Positions 1 through 13,589 are shown, counted from the whole stretch's first letter. The stretch: DNA of 63,835 nucleotides, filler included, from Folioceros fuciformis (GCA_049999805.1; 13 parts of 13 records of this genome joined end to end with filler, not necessarily neighbours in it); one strand, 5' to 3'. Numbers and translations are program-made. Notes: generated by a model from the letters alone, not told the origin.

Positions 1-3000
1 GATCGTACAGGAGAAGCTGGACAAAAACAACTTCCATGCCTGGAAGTTTCGTTTTACAAACTTTCTTATGGGAAAGGGTTATTGGGACTACATTGAGGGG
101 GAGCATGAAAAACCCCCTGTAGTACTTGAACCGAATGCAACAGCGGAGCAGATTAAGGCGCTGAAGGATTGGAGTCAACGATCTCGGAAGGTCATGTATT
201 GGCTGCCAATCAGCATTCATGACACCATGATTGGGCACATACAGGATGCAGAGTTGCCCAAAGAAGCATGGGATGAGTTGGTAAAACTCTATGAGACTAA
301 CACGAAGGCGAGAAAACTGCAGTTGAAGAATGACTTCAACACAGTTATGAAGAAGAACTTATCAATCAATGAGTACGCGTTAAAGATCAAAGGGATAGTG
401 GAATCCCTTGCGTCCATTGGTGTTAGTGTGGAAGATGATGACAAGGTCGAAGTTTGCTTGCGTGGGTTAACACCTGCCTACAAGCAGTTCAAGACTTCCA
501 TACAGACTCGGGAAAACATTCCCAATTTCTCAGACCTGATTTCTATGTTGATCATAGAGGAGAAAAACCTAGGCGAGGAATCATCCTCTAAGCCTAAGGA
601 AAACTCTGAGCAAGCCTTTTACTCTGGCAGAGGCAGAGGTAGAGCCCAAGGTGGCAGAGGGCAAAGAGGTGGTAGAGGTCGGAATCCCTACCAAAATCAA
701 CAACAGAATCAGGAGTCCCAGTACAAGAGTACACGTGGAAGAGGAGAAAATTCTCGAGGCTGGGGGAGTCAAAGAGGACGTGGAAATCAACAACAAAATG
801 ATGCAAATGCAGACAATAGTGGTTGCTAGACTTGTGGTAGGTTAGACCACTTCGAAAGAGACTGTCCAAGGAGAAATCAAGGCAACAGGAGGCAGCAGAA
901 CAATTATTCCTCTAGCAGCAGTCAGAATGACTCAGAAAACTTGTTTGTCATGCAGCATATGCTTAACTCTGTGTCTGCTAATGGATCCAACAATGGTGAG
1001 ATTGTGTGGTATGTGGACTCAGGAGCTTCGAACCACATGACATGCCATGGGGAGTGGTTCAAAGAAATGCAAGTGCTTGACAAACCTGGATATGTAGAAA
1101 CTGGAGATGACACAACACATGCAATTGTGCATACATGAACTGTACCTCTGAAGATGCAGGATGGCAAAGTGAAGTGCCTGGTAGATGTTCTTCACGTACC
1201 CAACATCACAAAGAACTTGGTGTCAGTTGGGCAGATGGTTGAGCAAGGACTGCAGGTTAGATTTACACCTGCAGGACTCTTTGTTGAAGAGTGCAAGAAA
1301 GGCGGTCGCCTGATTGCTCAAGGACAGAAGGTTGGACGGATGTACACCTTGAACGAGGAGGTTCCTAAGCTGAAGTCAGCCATGTTTGCGAAGGGTAAAA
1401 GGGTAGTGACAGACCTAGAGATGTGGCACAAACGCATTGGACATCTAAATGTGCAGAAGTTGAAGTCCATGCAGCATCAGAAGGTTGTCACAGGCATACC
1501 CAAGCTTACAGAAAATGGACTGCAAGGTATATGTGAAGCATGTCAACTTGGGAAACAGCCTAGGAATGCGTTCCCCCATGACAAACATGTCAGCAGATAT
1601 GTGTTGGATGTTGTGCATTCAGATGTATGGGGTCCTACACAGACTGCATCAATCGGAGGCTGCAAGTACTATGTGACCTTCATTGACGACCACACAAGGA
1701 AGGTGTGGGTCTATTTCATGAAAGAAAAAAGTGAAGTGATCACTCATTTTCATACTTTCAAGGCGATGGTTGAGAAGCAGACAGGTAGGCACATCAAATG
1801 CCTAAGATCTGATGGAGGGGGAGAGTACTTCTCCAGAGAGTTCAGCAAATTCTTATCAGAACAGGGCATTCAACGGCAGTACTCATGTCGTTATACGCCA
1901 CAACAAAATGGAGTTGCAGAGCGCAAGAACAGGCACATAGCAGAAGTGGCGAGAGCATTGATGACAGAGAAGAAGATGCCTCACTACTATTGGGCTGAAG
2001 CTGGAAGCACAGCAGTGTACATCATGAACAGAACTCCCACAGTAGCGGTGCACAGTGTAACACCGGAGGAGAAGTTCACAGGGAAGAAACCTGACTTGTC
2101 ACACTTAAAGGTATTTGGTTGCATTGCTTATGTCCATATTCCGGATGAGTTGCGGACTAAGCTTGATCCAAAAGCAGAAAAGTGTCTTCATTGGGTATTC
2201 TGTTACACAGAAAGGATACAAGTGTTACAATCCCAGTACACGGACTATGAGAGTAAGCAGAGACGTAGTCTTTGATGAAATGGGTAGCTGGTACTTTGAA
2301 GTACAAGGAAGTAGTGTAGTTGATGTGCTTGAAACTGAGGTAACAAGCAATGCAAGTCAACAATCACAAGTGTTGAGTGGACCGCAAGCGTCATCAAACT
2401 CGACAAATGTTCAGAATCCATGGAGTGGCAGGTTGCGAGGTAGTGTGAGTCCTACGAGCTCCACAGCTGTGTCTCGCAAAGGGAAGGAAAAAGTCCAGGA
2501 TTCAAAGATACTAGACCTAAGTGCAGGTGCGGATGATTCAAGCGACTCTGAGCAGAGCTTGGATGAGGAATTCGGTGTACCGAAAATCGAAACACCTGGT
2601 GCAAAAGAGGTTCAATCAGCCCCTGGAAGTGGTTCAATCCCACGGGGATCTGGAAGGCAGAAGGTTCCAATACAGCGGTTGACCTATGATAGCTATGTAG
2701 CTAGGCACCATGCCTATATGGCAAAGGTTGTACAGGATGTGGAACCAAGAAGCTTTGAAGAAGCTATTGGAGACACAGAGTGGGAACATGCTATGGATGA
2801 AGAAATGAATGCGTTAAATCAGAATGCAACATGGGACCTAGTACAACTACCTGAAGGCAAGAAACCAATAGGTTGCAAATGGGTGTACAAGGTCAAACAC
2901 AACGCAGATGGTAGTATCAACAGGTACAAGGCAAGGCTTGTGGCCAAGGGATATGCCCAGACATATGGAATAGATTTTGAGGAGACGTTCAGTCCAGTTG

Positions 3001-4549
3001 CCAAAATGGCAACAATTTGAACCGGGATCGCACTAGCGGCATCGAAAGGTTGGGTCCTACATCATATGGATGTGAAGAATGCGTTTTTACATGGAGAATT
3101 GCTGGAAGAAGTATACATGGACCAGCCACCAGGTTATGAGGATTTGGATCATCCAAATCATGTGTGCAAGCTGAAAAAAACGTTGTACGGACTGAAGCAA
3201 GCCCCGAGGGCTTGGCATGAGCGTCTTTCTCAGCATCTGATTCACATCGGATTCAACATGGCAGATGCGGATCATTCGTTGTATGTGTGCAAAAGTACAA
3301 AACGACTGGTCTTTGTGACCATTTATGTGGATGATCTAATCATTGGAGGTAATCAGTTGGATCAAGTGGAGCAGATCAAGGAACTTCTACAACAAGAGTT
3401 CAAGATGGCGGACCTAGGTGAACTGAGGTTCTTTTTGGGCATTGAAATTATACGAACCAACACAGGCATTTGGCTGTCACAGCGGAAGTATGCGTCGGAT
3501 GTACTAACTAAGTATGGTATGGTTGAGTGCAAGCCAATCTCGATTCCTTTGGATCAAAATCTAAAGCTCAGTGCTCATGATGGTGAAGCACTTGAAGATC
3601 CAACAATGTACAGGAAGATTGTGGGTAGCTTGATATATCTCACTCTATCCCGACCAGATTTGAACTATACAGTGGGATTGCAAAGTCAGTTTATGCAGGC
3701 GCCAAGAAAGCCACATTTGGATGCAGTAAGGCGAACGTTGCGCTATGTGAAGGCAACTATGGATCATGCTCTCTTTTATGTTGTAGATTTAGAAATAAAC
3801 TGTGTGGATACACAGATGCAGATTGGGCAGGCAGTGTTACTGATCGTAGATCTACAAGTAGATTCACTTTTTCACTTGGGAGTGCAGCAATTACATGGAG
3901 TAGCAAGAAGCAGCCTACAGTGGCTTTGTCTAGTACAGAAGCTGAATACAGAGGCGTAGCAATGGCAGCGTGTGAAGTGACTTGGATTTGTAAGTTACTC
4001 GGAGATTTTGGATTGCAGGTCAACGACAAGGTTGTTATCTACTGTGACAATCTTAGCAGCATACAGTTGGCGCGAAACCCAGTGTTTCATGCGTGGACAA
4101 AACACATTGAAATACATTATCATTTTCTTCGCGAAAGGATTTTATCTGGAGCTATTGATCTTGTGTATGTCAATACAAACGAGCAGATAGCCGATATATT
4201 TACTAAGCCAATGGGAGCAGAGAAGTTGAAGAAATTCCGAGCTATGTTAGGCGTACAGATGCTATGTTGAGCTCGAGGGGGAGTGTTGAGTTATCGAGCT
4301 CTATATGAGCTAAACTCATGTGGTGTTAGTTATCCCAGTTGGGTTCATACTAGACTAGTTCTAGTTATTAGTGAACTTAGGATAGTGTAGATTATCCCAT
4401 ATTGAACCTGGAAGTTGTGTAGCCCTAAATGTACTACTTAAATGGAGACCTCGGACCTCCATAGTAAGACAGTGGTGATGTGTATTGTTTTCATGGTTGT
4501 GATCACCAATACCACCCTCTCTTCTCTCTTCTCCTCTCCTACACTTGCA
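1..4549 (+). mobile_element. Ty1/copia LTR retrotransposon, nearly complete gag-pol (5' end outside window), inactivated; PPT and start of 3' LTR
   Basis: Gag (EKLDKNNFHAWK), zinc knuckle C*TCGRLDHFERDC, protease WYVDSGASNHM, GAG-pre-integrase MWHKRIGH, integrase (VVHSDVWGP, LRSDGGGEY, PQQNGVAERKNR), RT ([25 protein letters not shown]), RNase H ([24 protein letters not shown]). Stops at 827, 1136 and 3018; frameshifts near 2180 and 3790. PPT GAGGGGGAG at 4275-4283 is followed by TG at 4284. LTR end is approximate. Confidence 0.95.
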
Positions 4550-4639
4550 CGTAGACTGGAGTCGATCCTATTGACAAGGAAGTATACTGGTTATAGAGGA
4601 GCTATGAGGACCGGGATCTCACAAGTGCGGAAGAGGCTA

Positions 4640-4775
4640 GGAAAACGGAGGTGCAGTGCGCTTTGGCCAAGTTGGAGGAAGACAAGGCTAGAGGGTGGTT
4701 CAAGCGGGCCAAAGTCAAGTGGGTGAGGGAGGGGGACGGCCCCTCTAAATTCTTCTTCGATAAGGTGGCCTCTAA
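4640..4775 (+). mobile_element. LINE (L1-like) ORF2 fragment
   Basis: Manual translation EEDKARGWFKRAKVKWVREGDGPSKFFFDKV resembles the R-x-K-x-x-W-x-x-E-G-D-x-x-S/T-K-F-F linker motif between endonuclease and RT of plant L1s. Confidence 0.6.
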
Positions 4776-5284
4776 CCAGGGGGAGGTATTGCCTTCGTCC
4801 CCGGAGAAGACGGCTTGCACTTCATGCTAGACAGTATCGGTATCCTCATCATCCTCAGCACAGGGAGAGAAGAATAAGTCCTCCTCGGAAACGTACACCG
4901 CGTCATCTCTCATGGTGGGGCTAGCCCATTTTGTGGGGTTGGCACAATCCACCAAGGCTTTTCCGAGACACGCCGAACCTGTTCCCTCCATTCCAGACCC
5001 CGTTTCCACTCCATATCTGTGTTGACCGCGCATTGCCATAGGATCGTTCCCCATGCCAGCAGAGACCTTCCCACAAAACCTATTTCCACCCTTGGGCACT
5101 TCCAACTCCTTAATCTTTTTCCTTTCGGGGAGGTGATATCCAAGGCCATGCATTGAACGACTTTATTTAGCGCCTTCCTTGCTTTAGCCACAGCAATCTA
5201 ATCCTGGCGTTTAAGTGATCTTCCGAAACAATCTTCCACAACACCCTCAGCTCTCACTATATGCTTGGCATCATCAAAGTCAAC

Positions 5285-5936
5285 AAACCCAAATTGGTAC
5301 TTGGACAGTGGAGCTACGTCACACATTTGTCACAGTAGAAACTCTTTTGAGTCATATTCGCCAGTATTCTGACACCATGCTATCCTGCTGGGCAATGACC
5401 ACAACCTCCCCATCTCTAGTGTAGGTTCACTCGCTCTTACATGTTCTTCAGGCCAAGTTCTTTCTCTCTCTAATGTCCTTCACGTACCATCCATATGTAA
5501 AAACTTAGTGTCAACTGCCAGTTTATGTTCACAGCATAATTTGTAAGTCATTTTAGATGCAGATAGTTGTATCATCTCTTATTTCCCAAGTGAATCACTA
5601 ATCATCTACACAGGCACTTTAGAGGACGGGTTATACAAACTATTTGTCCGAGTGCGAACTACACATGATAGGATACATGTAGCTTCTCAAAATTCTGTCA
5701 CTTCAAATACAACAGTACTCTGGAATTGTAGATTAGGTCATCCTAATAGCCAAAAACTTGTACAAATGTGTAAGGGAAATTTTCATAAAAACCCTTCCCT
5801 TACAAAGATAGAACCCCTATCATGGTGTGAAGCTTTTGTCCTCACCAAAAGACATCAGGCACCCTTTCAAAACCACTCTCCCTAGCGGGCTAAGGTACCC
5901 CTTGAGTTAGTTCACACCGACATTTGCGGCCCAATC
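5285..5936 (+). mobile_element. Degenerate Ty1/copia protease-integrase fragment
   Basis: NWYLDSGATSHICH (~5292), LWNCRLGHPN and PLELVHTDICGP at the contig end; multiple stops and frameshifts. Confidence 0.85.
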
Positions 5937-6036
5937 NNNNNNNNNNNNNNNNNNNNNNNNNNNNNNNNNNNNNNNNNNNNTTAATTAATTAANNNNNNNN
6001 NNNNNNNNNNNNNNNNNNNNNNNNNNNNNNNNNNNN
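5937..6036. other. Artificial contig linker (44 N + TTAATTAATTAA + 44 N); identical linkers start at ~17660, 24743, 25994, 27602, 28923, 39411, 41058, 52674, 54406, 56854 and 61327
   Basis: Identical 100-bp cassette with stop codons in all six frames, repeated 12 times. Confidence 0.97.
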
Positions 6037-7729
6037 CCTCAAAAGCAAAATCTTGGGCAGAGGATTCAAGCAAACTTTCTGGCTTCTTGAGAGGAAAGGC
6101 GTCGGAATTGTTGTGCTTTTGCACTATAGTCTTTTCCAAATCTGACATCCCTGTGCCGTATTGCACTCCAGCTATTGAGCACTTCAGAAACTTCATTTTA
6201 TTTTGTGTAAGTGTTCCAGTCTTATCAGCTAATATGATTTTCACCTGCAAGTCCATGTAGTGTCTAATACAAGAGATGTGATACTGGAATGCAGCTCNNN
6301 NNNNNNNNNNNNNNNNNNNNNNNNNNNNNNNNNNNNNNNNNNNNNNNNNNNNNNNNNNNNNNNNNNNNNNNNNNNNNNNNNNNNNNNNNNNNNNNNNATC
6401 ATGTTCTTCACAATATAAATGTAAGTCACAAGAAATAATGTATGCTTGTGCATACTTGGTGGCCTCAAGTGACATAGGAAGTACAAGAGAGCAAGCATGA
6501 CCTAATATAGTGTAGGGAGATCAAACTCTCAAAGTCCAGAAATGCATTATGGTATGTGATTTAAATCAATAATAACTATGTTCTCACATTATGATTGAAA
6601 ACAAATGGGATGCTAAATTACCATAAGCAAGCAAACAATACACATACCGCCAAAGCCAAGCTAGCCAAATTGTTGATGACGGACCAAATTCTTGATAAAA
6701 TGGTTTGTCATGGATAGTGATTGCTTCAATTTGCAAGTACCACGGTTTTCCATGACCAGATGAGGTCCAACCACGTCCAAACCCAATTGAAATTATTGAT
6801 ATTATATGTAGAAACACTATGCTGTACAAATACAAATCGTCCACAGTACGATCTACAGAACTACGTTTTGATATTTGAGAGCTGGTAGAACTGTTTAGAG
6901 CCATTTTAGTGTCAACACCAACAAATATGATTGCTGCATATACAAACTCTGTGTTCACAAGCTTCATCCCCCGTAGCAGTAACTGTGCATGGGATACAGT
7001 AATTTGCTTTCCTTGAAACCGGAAAACCCCAGTAAAGTCTGTGAAGAAGGGATTGGGTTGCCCACATTGTAGAGTTGCATTGAACTTGTAGAAATGTTCA
7101 GGGTTGCTCTGTGTTGCGTTTAATATGCCATGTTTAACAACGGTAGCAGAACCACCGTCTAAATCTTTGGTATCAACATAACAAAAGTTTTCTGCATAGC
7201 TTGTGGACAATAATAAAAGATCTGCTGGAATACCCATGTTTGCTTCAAGTTTGACAAGGTCCCCTATTTTTAAATCTCTCCAACAACATTGATCAAAGTC
7301 TCCATTTTTCTGGCATACTAGTACTGTCTGAGAATGTAATAACTCACTGGCTTTTCTGCGTCTGTAGTCTTCAATTGCCTCTCTCAACATCCCTGTTAAG
7401 AAGAAGGCGAAACAAAATCCAAATGTGGTGTGCATGGATTTTGTTAATTGGATTACATTGATCAGTGTCAAGAGCGCAAAAAGTGTGCTCACTATATTAG
7501 GAACTCGTCTCAGTTGCTCATACAAGGTTTTTGGGATGAAAGTGATGTAAGTATATTTGTACAATTGCAACTCATTAGAAGCTCTTGGATTTCCATGAAG
7601 AGTGCGAGCAGAACCTATGTATATTGTTCGCAAACTAGAACCCAGATATATGGATTCCAAACCAGTTCTGAATGTAGATATCACCCTTGATATCAATGTC
7701 TTATTGCTGGGTGTTTCAACCTCATCCAT
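6037..7729 (-). CDS. Divergent P4-type ATPase (ALA-like phospholipid flippase), 5' part; possibly a pseudogene
   Basis: [62 protein letters not shown] and, downstream, [21 protein letters not shown] (P-type phosphorylation motif). Interrupted by introns, an N gap and the contig end. Confidence 0.85.
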
Positions 7730-8631
7730 ATCAACATAATCTGTATTTGGTACAAGCCTTGTTTTGTATCATAGCCAAACCATAAAAGTTTCCTCTTGAA
7801 GTAATGAGCTTCACAAAACTATTTGTTCATCAATATGTTGCACATATTCCAGCTCTTAAATACATGTGGAAAGTATCTTCTTGCAAATGACTATGGGCTT
7901 TTGCTTGTTGTTAGGGAAGCAATATGTTGTTTTGCACAAAAGAAGTTGGAGTTAATGTTTGAGATGTGTAACACAAGAATTGTAGCAACCTTCCANNNNN
8001 NNNNNNNNNNNNNNNNNNNNNNNNNNNNNNNNNNNNNNNNNNNNNNNNNNNNNNNNNNNNNNNNNNNNNNNNNNNNNNNNNNNNNNNNNNNNNNNACAAG
8101 AAGAAGACCATTTCAAGGTCTGTAAGAAGTGCCAAGCAAGGGTACATAAAATTATGGTGCAAAAATCTAGGTCTCTCTCTCTAGTTTAACTAACTTATTT
8201 TTAATATATATAATTATTAATTTTATAACATGACTAAAATAATATTAAAAAAAGTATTTTTCCACATAAGAGTTGTGTGTTTGGTGCCATGTTATGAATA
8301 CATCAAAACTTGCATCCATATTCATACATCTACCCTTTTACTTTGATCTACTTAGAGTATGTCACCTCCAAGTGTCTCCCATGACAATGTGACACCTCTA
8401 TGTTCAAAGCTAGTGCATCAAAGGAGTTGGGTTGCCAAATTGAGGAGATTCACTAGTTGTTGTACATCCTTCACTTGAATTCTTTGTCATGTACCCATAA
8501 AGAATTGTGATTCCATGAAGTTTTGGTCTTTGTCTATACAACTTTTGAGTCGTGGATGGACAAAGACCAAAACTAGAGATATATATAAAGTTACTAAAGT
8601 AGGATGGAGACAAACAGGCTTCATTACACAT

Positions 8632-9405
8632 TGTTAAGGAAAATTAGGTCTGTGGCCTTGGGACTAGTCTTTGGGTCATCCCCGCCTATAAGCGCCTTCA
8701 TTCATGTGCGCCATTTAGTTTGATATGCCTAGATGCTACAGAAGACGCTCTGCTCTGTCCACTTCTGTCTCGTGGTGTCAAGCTGGCGGACAGCTTAGAT
8801 AGCTTGTAGATCCCTTACTCCCTCATACTTATCTGGCACGGTAAACTTTAGATTTGCCCTCGGAACTGCTTCGAAGATATGAAAAGGATCTTGATTGTCT
8901 TCCGCTTCGTCATTTTGTAGAGCTATAGGCTGTGGATCCTTCCTTGCCTTTTTCCCAGATGCTGTCAAATCTTGGAGAACTTCCGGCAATACTTCGGGGA
9001 GAATTTGTCGTAAAGCGACCATCATCTGCGNNNNNNNNNNNNNNNNNNNNNNNNNNNNNNNNNNNNNNNNNNNNNNNNNNNNNNNNNNNNNNNNNNNNNN
9101 NNNNNNNNNNNNNNNNNNNNNNNNNNNNNNACCTCTCGTATTTGCATCCTCTAGCGCTTAGCCATCTTGGAGGAATAGACTATGCTCTGATACCAACTTT
9201 ACTTTTCCTAGATCTGTGGCCTTGGGACTAGTCTTTGGGTCATCCCCGCCTATAAGCGCCTTCATTCATGTGCGCCATTTAGTTTGATATGCCTAGATGC
9301 TACAGGAGACGCTCTGCTCTGTCCACTTCTGTCTCGTGGTATCAAGCTGGCGGACAGCTTAGGCTAGTCATGTGAGCTGGCGGACAGCTTAGGCTAGTCA
9401 TGTGA
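8632..9405 (-). mobile_element. Internally deleted LTR element: ~150-bp direct repeats (8648-8797 and 9213-9362), tRNA-iMet PBS and gag-like remnant
   Basis: Near-identical repeats TCTGTGGCCTTGGGACTAG...GCGGACAGCTTAG. GCTCTGATACCA at 9184-9195 is the reverse complement of the PBS TGGTATCAGAGC. ORF 8795-9025 contains VPDKYEGVRD (gypsy gag-like). Confidence 0.7.
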
Positions 9406-10352
9406 ACCCGCTCCCCATGGGAATGGAATGCTAATGTAGAGAAGAGCTTGGGGGTTTTACACAACAATAGCACCACACACATACGGACCTTCGAAGTTTG
9501 AAGGAGGCCTTGCTGCCACAGAGCAGCCTACCATTGTAATCACAAGCTAGTTCTGATGTGGAGCTGTGGACTTTCCAGTCTTTCAAATTATCCGGATTGT
9601 TGAGTACTCTCTTCGATTCTCTTCGATTTTGTCCGTTCGGGCGCAAGGGCGTATGGCATCCAAGCTAAGAGGTATTATTGTGGCATTTCTCCGACACCCT
9701 GTTACAAGACGCTCAGGCAGCCATATCACCGTGGTATTCGGGACTGATATAGTGCTCAAGCATTGGGGACTGCAACGGTGGTGCACTTCCAAATGACTTG
9801 GGCCAAATAGACACATTGATAAGGACACCGCTATTAAGCAACCTCCCCGTGTATCGATACTTCCAGGATGTCCTCACAAGGATGCAGGATCCAAGCCGGA
9901 GGTTGTAGTCCCGGCTGTAGCTCACTTTTCGCCTTAGCAAAACACCCCGCGTTCGCGATTCCGCTTGTGCAGCCTTCCTACCACAGGCCCGTTCACGATG
10001 AAGGATAATCCCATAGGTTAGAAGGGTACATTCGTACAGTGTTGGCAGTTTGATTTTGCTACACACCTTTTTTTTTCCCACAATGTATGGGAGCGCATTT
10101 CCATTGTTTGTTGGAGGAAGAGGTCAGCCGCCAACGCATCCTGAGACATGTCTTCCAGCGACATCCTGTTTCATGGTTACTTCTGAGGATGCACAGGCCC
10201 CTCCATGTCTGCCCACCGACTCGGGTCTCGCTGCTGCCCAGCTCTGATCCCCGTTCTCCTGCCGGCATCTCCCGTGAGAGCTCTCACATCTCAAGCAGCG
10301 CTTGGATGTGACTGAGGTTTTTCAAGTCTCCCGCTGTGGTTCTTTCTTGCTC

Positions 10353-12896
10353 TCATGCAATCGCTGACTCCGTCTTGCTGGCTCCCGGGAGCCTCTTACC
10401 GACCAAGAAAGTGTGCACCATTCCGTCCATGTCCGTCCACCATGTCTGGCCAGCCTGCTTCCATGCCCCACTTTCTCTTCTGCTTGCCTGCATCTCCAGT
10501 GCTTGCTCCCACATCTGGGCACTCGTGTATATGTTTGACATCAACACATACGCTGCAGAATCTTTCCCATCCAGCTTCACTGCTTCATCAAACGCATAGC
10601 GTCCCACCTCTACGTTGCCCCACTTTTGACAAGCCGCCAAGAGAGTGTGCCAGATTGCAGCGTTCGGCTGTAAAGGCATTGTTCTTGCTACGGCTAGTGC
10701 CTCGTCTAGTTCTCCTGCACGACCAAAGAGATCCACCATGCATGTATAGTGGTCCACCGTGGGAGTGACACCGTAGTGTTTGCTCATTTTGTCGAAGTAC
10801 TCTCGCCCCTTGCCCACTAGCCCTGTGTGACTACAGACTGTTAGTACACAAAGACACGTGACGCTGTTGGGCTGCATGCCGTCGTTTGCCATTCTGAGGA
10901 TCAAGTCAAAGACTTTTTCACTGTCTCCTTGACGGGTGTATCCTGATATGAGTGCACTCCAGGTGCAAGCATCTCTTTCGCACAACTCATCGAACACCTT
11001 CTGTGCATCCACCATGCTCCCTGCCTTTGCGTACATGTTTATCAAACTGTTGCCCACAGTGACATCGACATGAAGGCCTTGATCTTCAATCTGTGCATGA
11101 AGCTGCCTTCCAACGTGCAATGCTCCCACACTAGCACATGCTTGAAGGAGGCACACAAATGTCACGGAGTTCGGTGTAATAATGACTTCTTGTTGCATAG
11201 CCTTGTAAAGACGAAGGGCTTCCTGCGCAATGCCCTTTTGGGAATATCCTGCTATCATGGCATTCCATGTCACAACATCTTTACGAGGGAGCCCATCGAA
11301 TACAGTCTGAGCATCCTCGAGGCACCCGCACTTGGCATACATATGTACCAAACTGTTGGCTACAAACACATCTGCTTGAAGTCCTTGGTCTCTAACTTGT
11401 GCGTGAAGCTGCTTCCCCTTCTCCAATGCTAGTGAACCTACACTTGCGCATGCCTGCAGGAGGCTAACGTATGTTACAGAATCCAATGCAATGATTCCTT
11501 CGTCTTGCATAGCTTTGGAGAGACGAAGGGCTTCCTGCCCCATGGAATGTTTCGAATATCCCGCTATCATGGCACTCCATGTTACCAGATTCTTTTGTCC
11601 AAGTCCATCAAACACGGCCCTTGCATCCTCTAGGCTGCCACACTTTGCATACATGTTCACCAAACTGCTGGCTACAAATGCATCTGCTTGAAGTCTTTGG
11701 CCTCGAATCTGCACATGAAGCTGCCTCCCTTTCTCCAAGGCCGCAGTGCCCACACTTGCACATGCCTGCAGCAGGCACACGAATGTCACAGAATCAAGTG
11801 CAGTGACACCGTCTTCTTGCATAGCCCTGTACAGACCAAGGGCTTCTTGTCCCATGCCTTGCTTGGAATATCCTGCTATCATAGTGCTCCAAGTCACCAA
11901 ATCCTTTCGAGGAAGCCCGTCAAAGACTCTCTGCGCGTCTTCCAAGCTGCCACACTTTGCATACATGTCTACCAGGCAGCTGCAAACAAACATATCAGGC
12001 TCAACGACAGTAGTAAACACATCGGCATGTATCTGCTGCCCGGATTTCAAGTCTGCTCCCCTGGCACAAGCCTGAAGAGCTGGTACAAACACATGTCCAT
12101 CTGGCTTCACAGCTGACCGGCGCATCTTATGATACAACTCTATAGCCTGCTTGTCTTGCCCCATTTTAACGTGGGCGGAAATGATGGCAGACCACGTGAA
12201 GGCATCTGGTTTGTCAACGGCAACGAACACGTCCATCGCTTCTTGAAGTCTGGCATGAGAAACATACATTCGCAGAATGTGATTGCAAATGAACGTATCC
12301 GACTCATAACCCTTCTCCACGATGAGGGCATGAACGCGGCGACCCAGAAGCAGATCCTTCTTCGCCACGCATTTCTTTAAGACCGTATAAAGCAGAGACC
12401 TGGAAATGTGCCAGTCTGCTTGCACCATAACTCCCAGAGCTTCCACCGCCTTACGGAGGTGCCCCTGTTCACATAGTTCGCTCACGGCTTCAGCCGACAT
12501 TTCCATTCCCTGGTATGCATGCCTGCCAGGACTACAGTCACGTGCCAAGCTGTAATTGAATGTAAGATCCACCTGCATATCCACAGCAACCAGCGCCCGA
12601 GTTGATCTGAGGGAGTTGCTCTGCCAGCGGAGCTCCTGGCGCTGCCCATGCCAGAAGCTAGGCGCACGAGAGCTCCTCCTCGAACAAGCTGACATTCTGG
12701 TACAAGTCCTGTACCTCCCTGCTTCGCCATTTGCCAACAATTGGTCCCTTGGAGTCAGGTGACTGCGTGCCCTTCCTAGACTACGTGCCAGCCCACTTGG
12801 TTCTGGGTTCCACGAACGCTGTGCCCACAAAGGAACCTGTTTCCCTTTGCATGACTCAAGTCCAATGCTCCAAATAACCATGGCTCCAAGGGGCAA
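10353..12896 (-). CDS. PLS-class PPR protein with E domains and truncated WW-type E+ end (no DYW deaminase)
   Basis: Intronless 847-aa ORF (first ATG at 12881). P-L-S triplets (LVDMYAKCGSLEDAQRVFD / LVTWSTMIAGY), E domain (IWHTLLAAC, AAYVLMSNIY), ending KQAGQTWWTDMDGMVHTFLVG. Confidence 0.93.
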   Translation of the reverse strand: MPLGAMVIWSIGLESCKGKQVPLWAQRSWNPEPSGLARSLGRARSHLTPRDQLLANGEAGRYRTCTRMSACSRRSSRAPSFWHGQRQELRWQSNSLRSTRALVAVDMQVDLTFNYSLARDCSPGRHAYQGMEMSAEAVSELCEQGHLRKAVEALGVMVQADWHISRSLLYTVLKKCVAKKDLLLGRRVHALIVEKGYESDTFICNHILRMYVSHARLQEAMDVFVAVDKPDAFTWSAIISAHVKMGQDKQAIELYHKMRRSAVKPDGHVFVPALQACARGADLKSGQQIHADVFTTVVEPDMFVCSCLVDMYAKCGSLEDAQRVFDGLPRKDLVTWSTMIAGYSKQGMGQEALGLYRAMQEDGVTALDSVTFVCLLQACASVGTAALEKGRQLHVQIRGQRLQADAFVASSLVNMYAKCGSLEDARAVFDGLGQKNLVTWSAMIAGYSKHSMGQEALRLSKAMQDEGIIALDSVTYVSLLQACASVGSLALEKGKQLHAQVRDQGLQADVFVANSLVHMYAKCGCLEDAQTVFDGLPRKDVVTWNAMIAGYSQKGIAQEALRLYKAMQQEVIITPNSVTFVCLLQACASVGALHVGRQLHAQIEDQGLHVDVTVGNSLINMYAKAGSMVDAQKVFDELCERDACTWSALISGYTRQGDSEKVFDLILRMANDGMQPNSVTCLCVLTVCSHTGLVGKGREYFDKMSKHYGVTPTVDHYTCMVDLFGRAGELDEALAVARTMPLQPNAAIWHTLLAACQKWGNVEVGRYAFDEAVKLDGKDSAAYVLMSNIYTSAQMWEQALEMQASRRESGAWKQAGQTWWTDMDGMVHTFLVGKRLPGASKTESAIA

Positions 12897-13589
12897 AGGG
12901 CTGGAGCCAGGTCGAGGAGTAACCTGAACACGACCAGCTTGTAGATCATCGGATATTTACCTTGCGAGTGGGGTATACCAATTGATTCATACGAACATGT
13001 GACAAGAGCGTGCCGAGAGCGAGTAGAGGATTAACATGCGGCTTTCAGGAGTCCTATGTGTACACATTTGTCGACTGGACACCTAGACGGGGGCACCCAT
13101 AAGGACAGAGGTTCACTTCGTTCAGAGGCTTCCTCAAATCCAGGGGCTTGCTTCATGGGCGATTTAAGACATCCACCCAGGATGAAAATGATGAAAAGTG
13201 GCAGCCTAGAAATACAACTATGAAGAGGAAATCAAACTTGCCCCACGATAGCATCAAACGCAAGATAACACAGCATACTTGTGTCACCTGCTTGCTGTAT
13301 TGCTTTACACATCAAGGAGCAAGCAGCAATGTATCTGGTTAGACCAGGGACACGCGCCTTCTAGTTGCCCTCGCAGAACATCTGCCTCCCTCTAAACCTC
13401 AAACTCGGGATCCCTTGGTAGGTAGTGCAGTGCACCCCTTTAATTTCGTTGTGACAAATCAACGTCGACCCCGCAGATCGCCCAAAGAACATGAGGCTAC
13501 TTTCTGCTGTCTTGTTCAGGGGTCCATGCTGAAGCCAGCTGCAAACAGCTTACACTGTACTCCGTCGAAAGACTACCGTTGCCGAGTAC

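Noticed and set aside
5981-5992. Recurrent TTAATTAATTAA motif between N runs as a biological repeat or array
   Set aside because: It is an artificial six-frame-stop linker. Adjacency across linkers is unreliable, although at 25994-26093 one copia element does continue across it.
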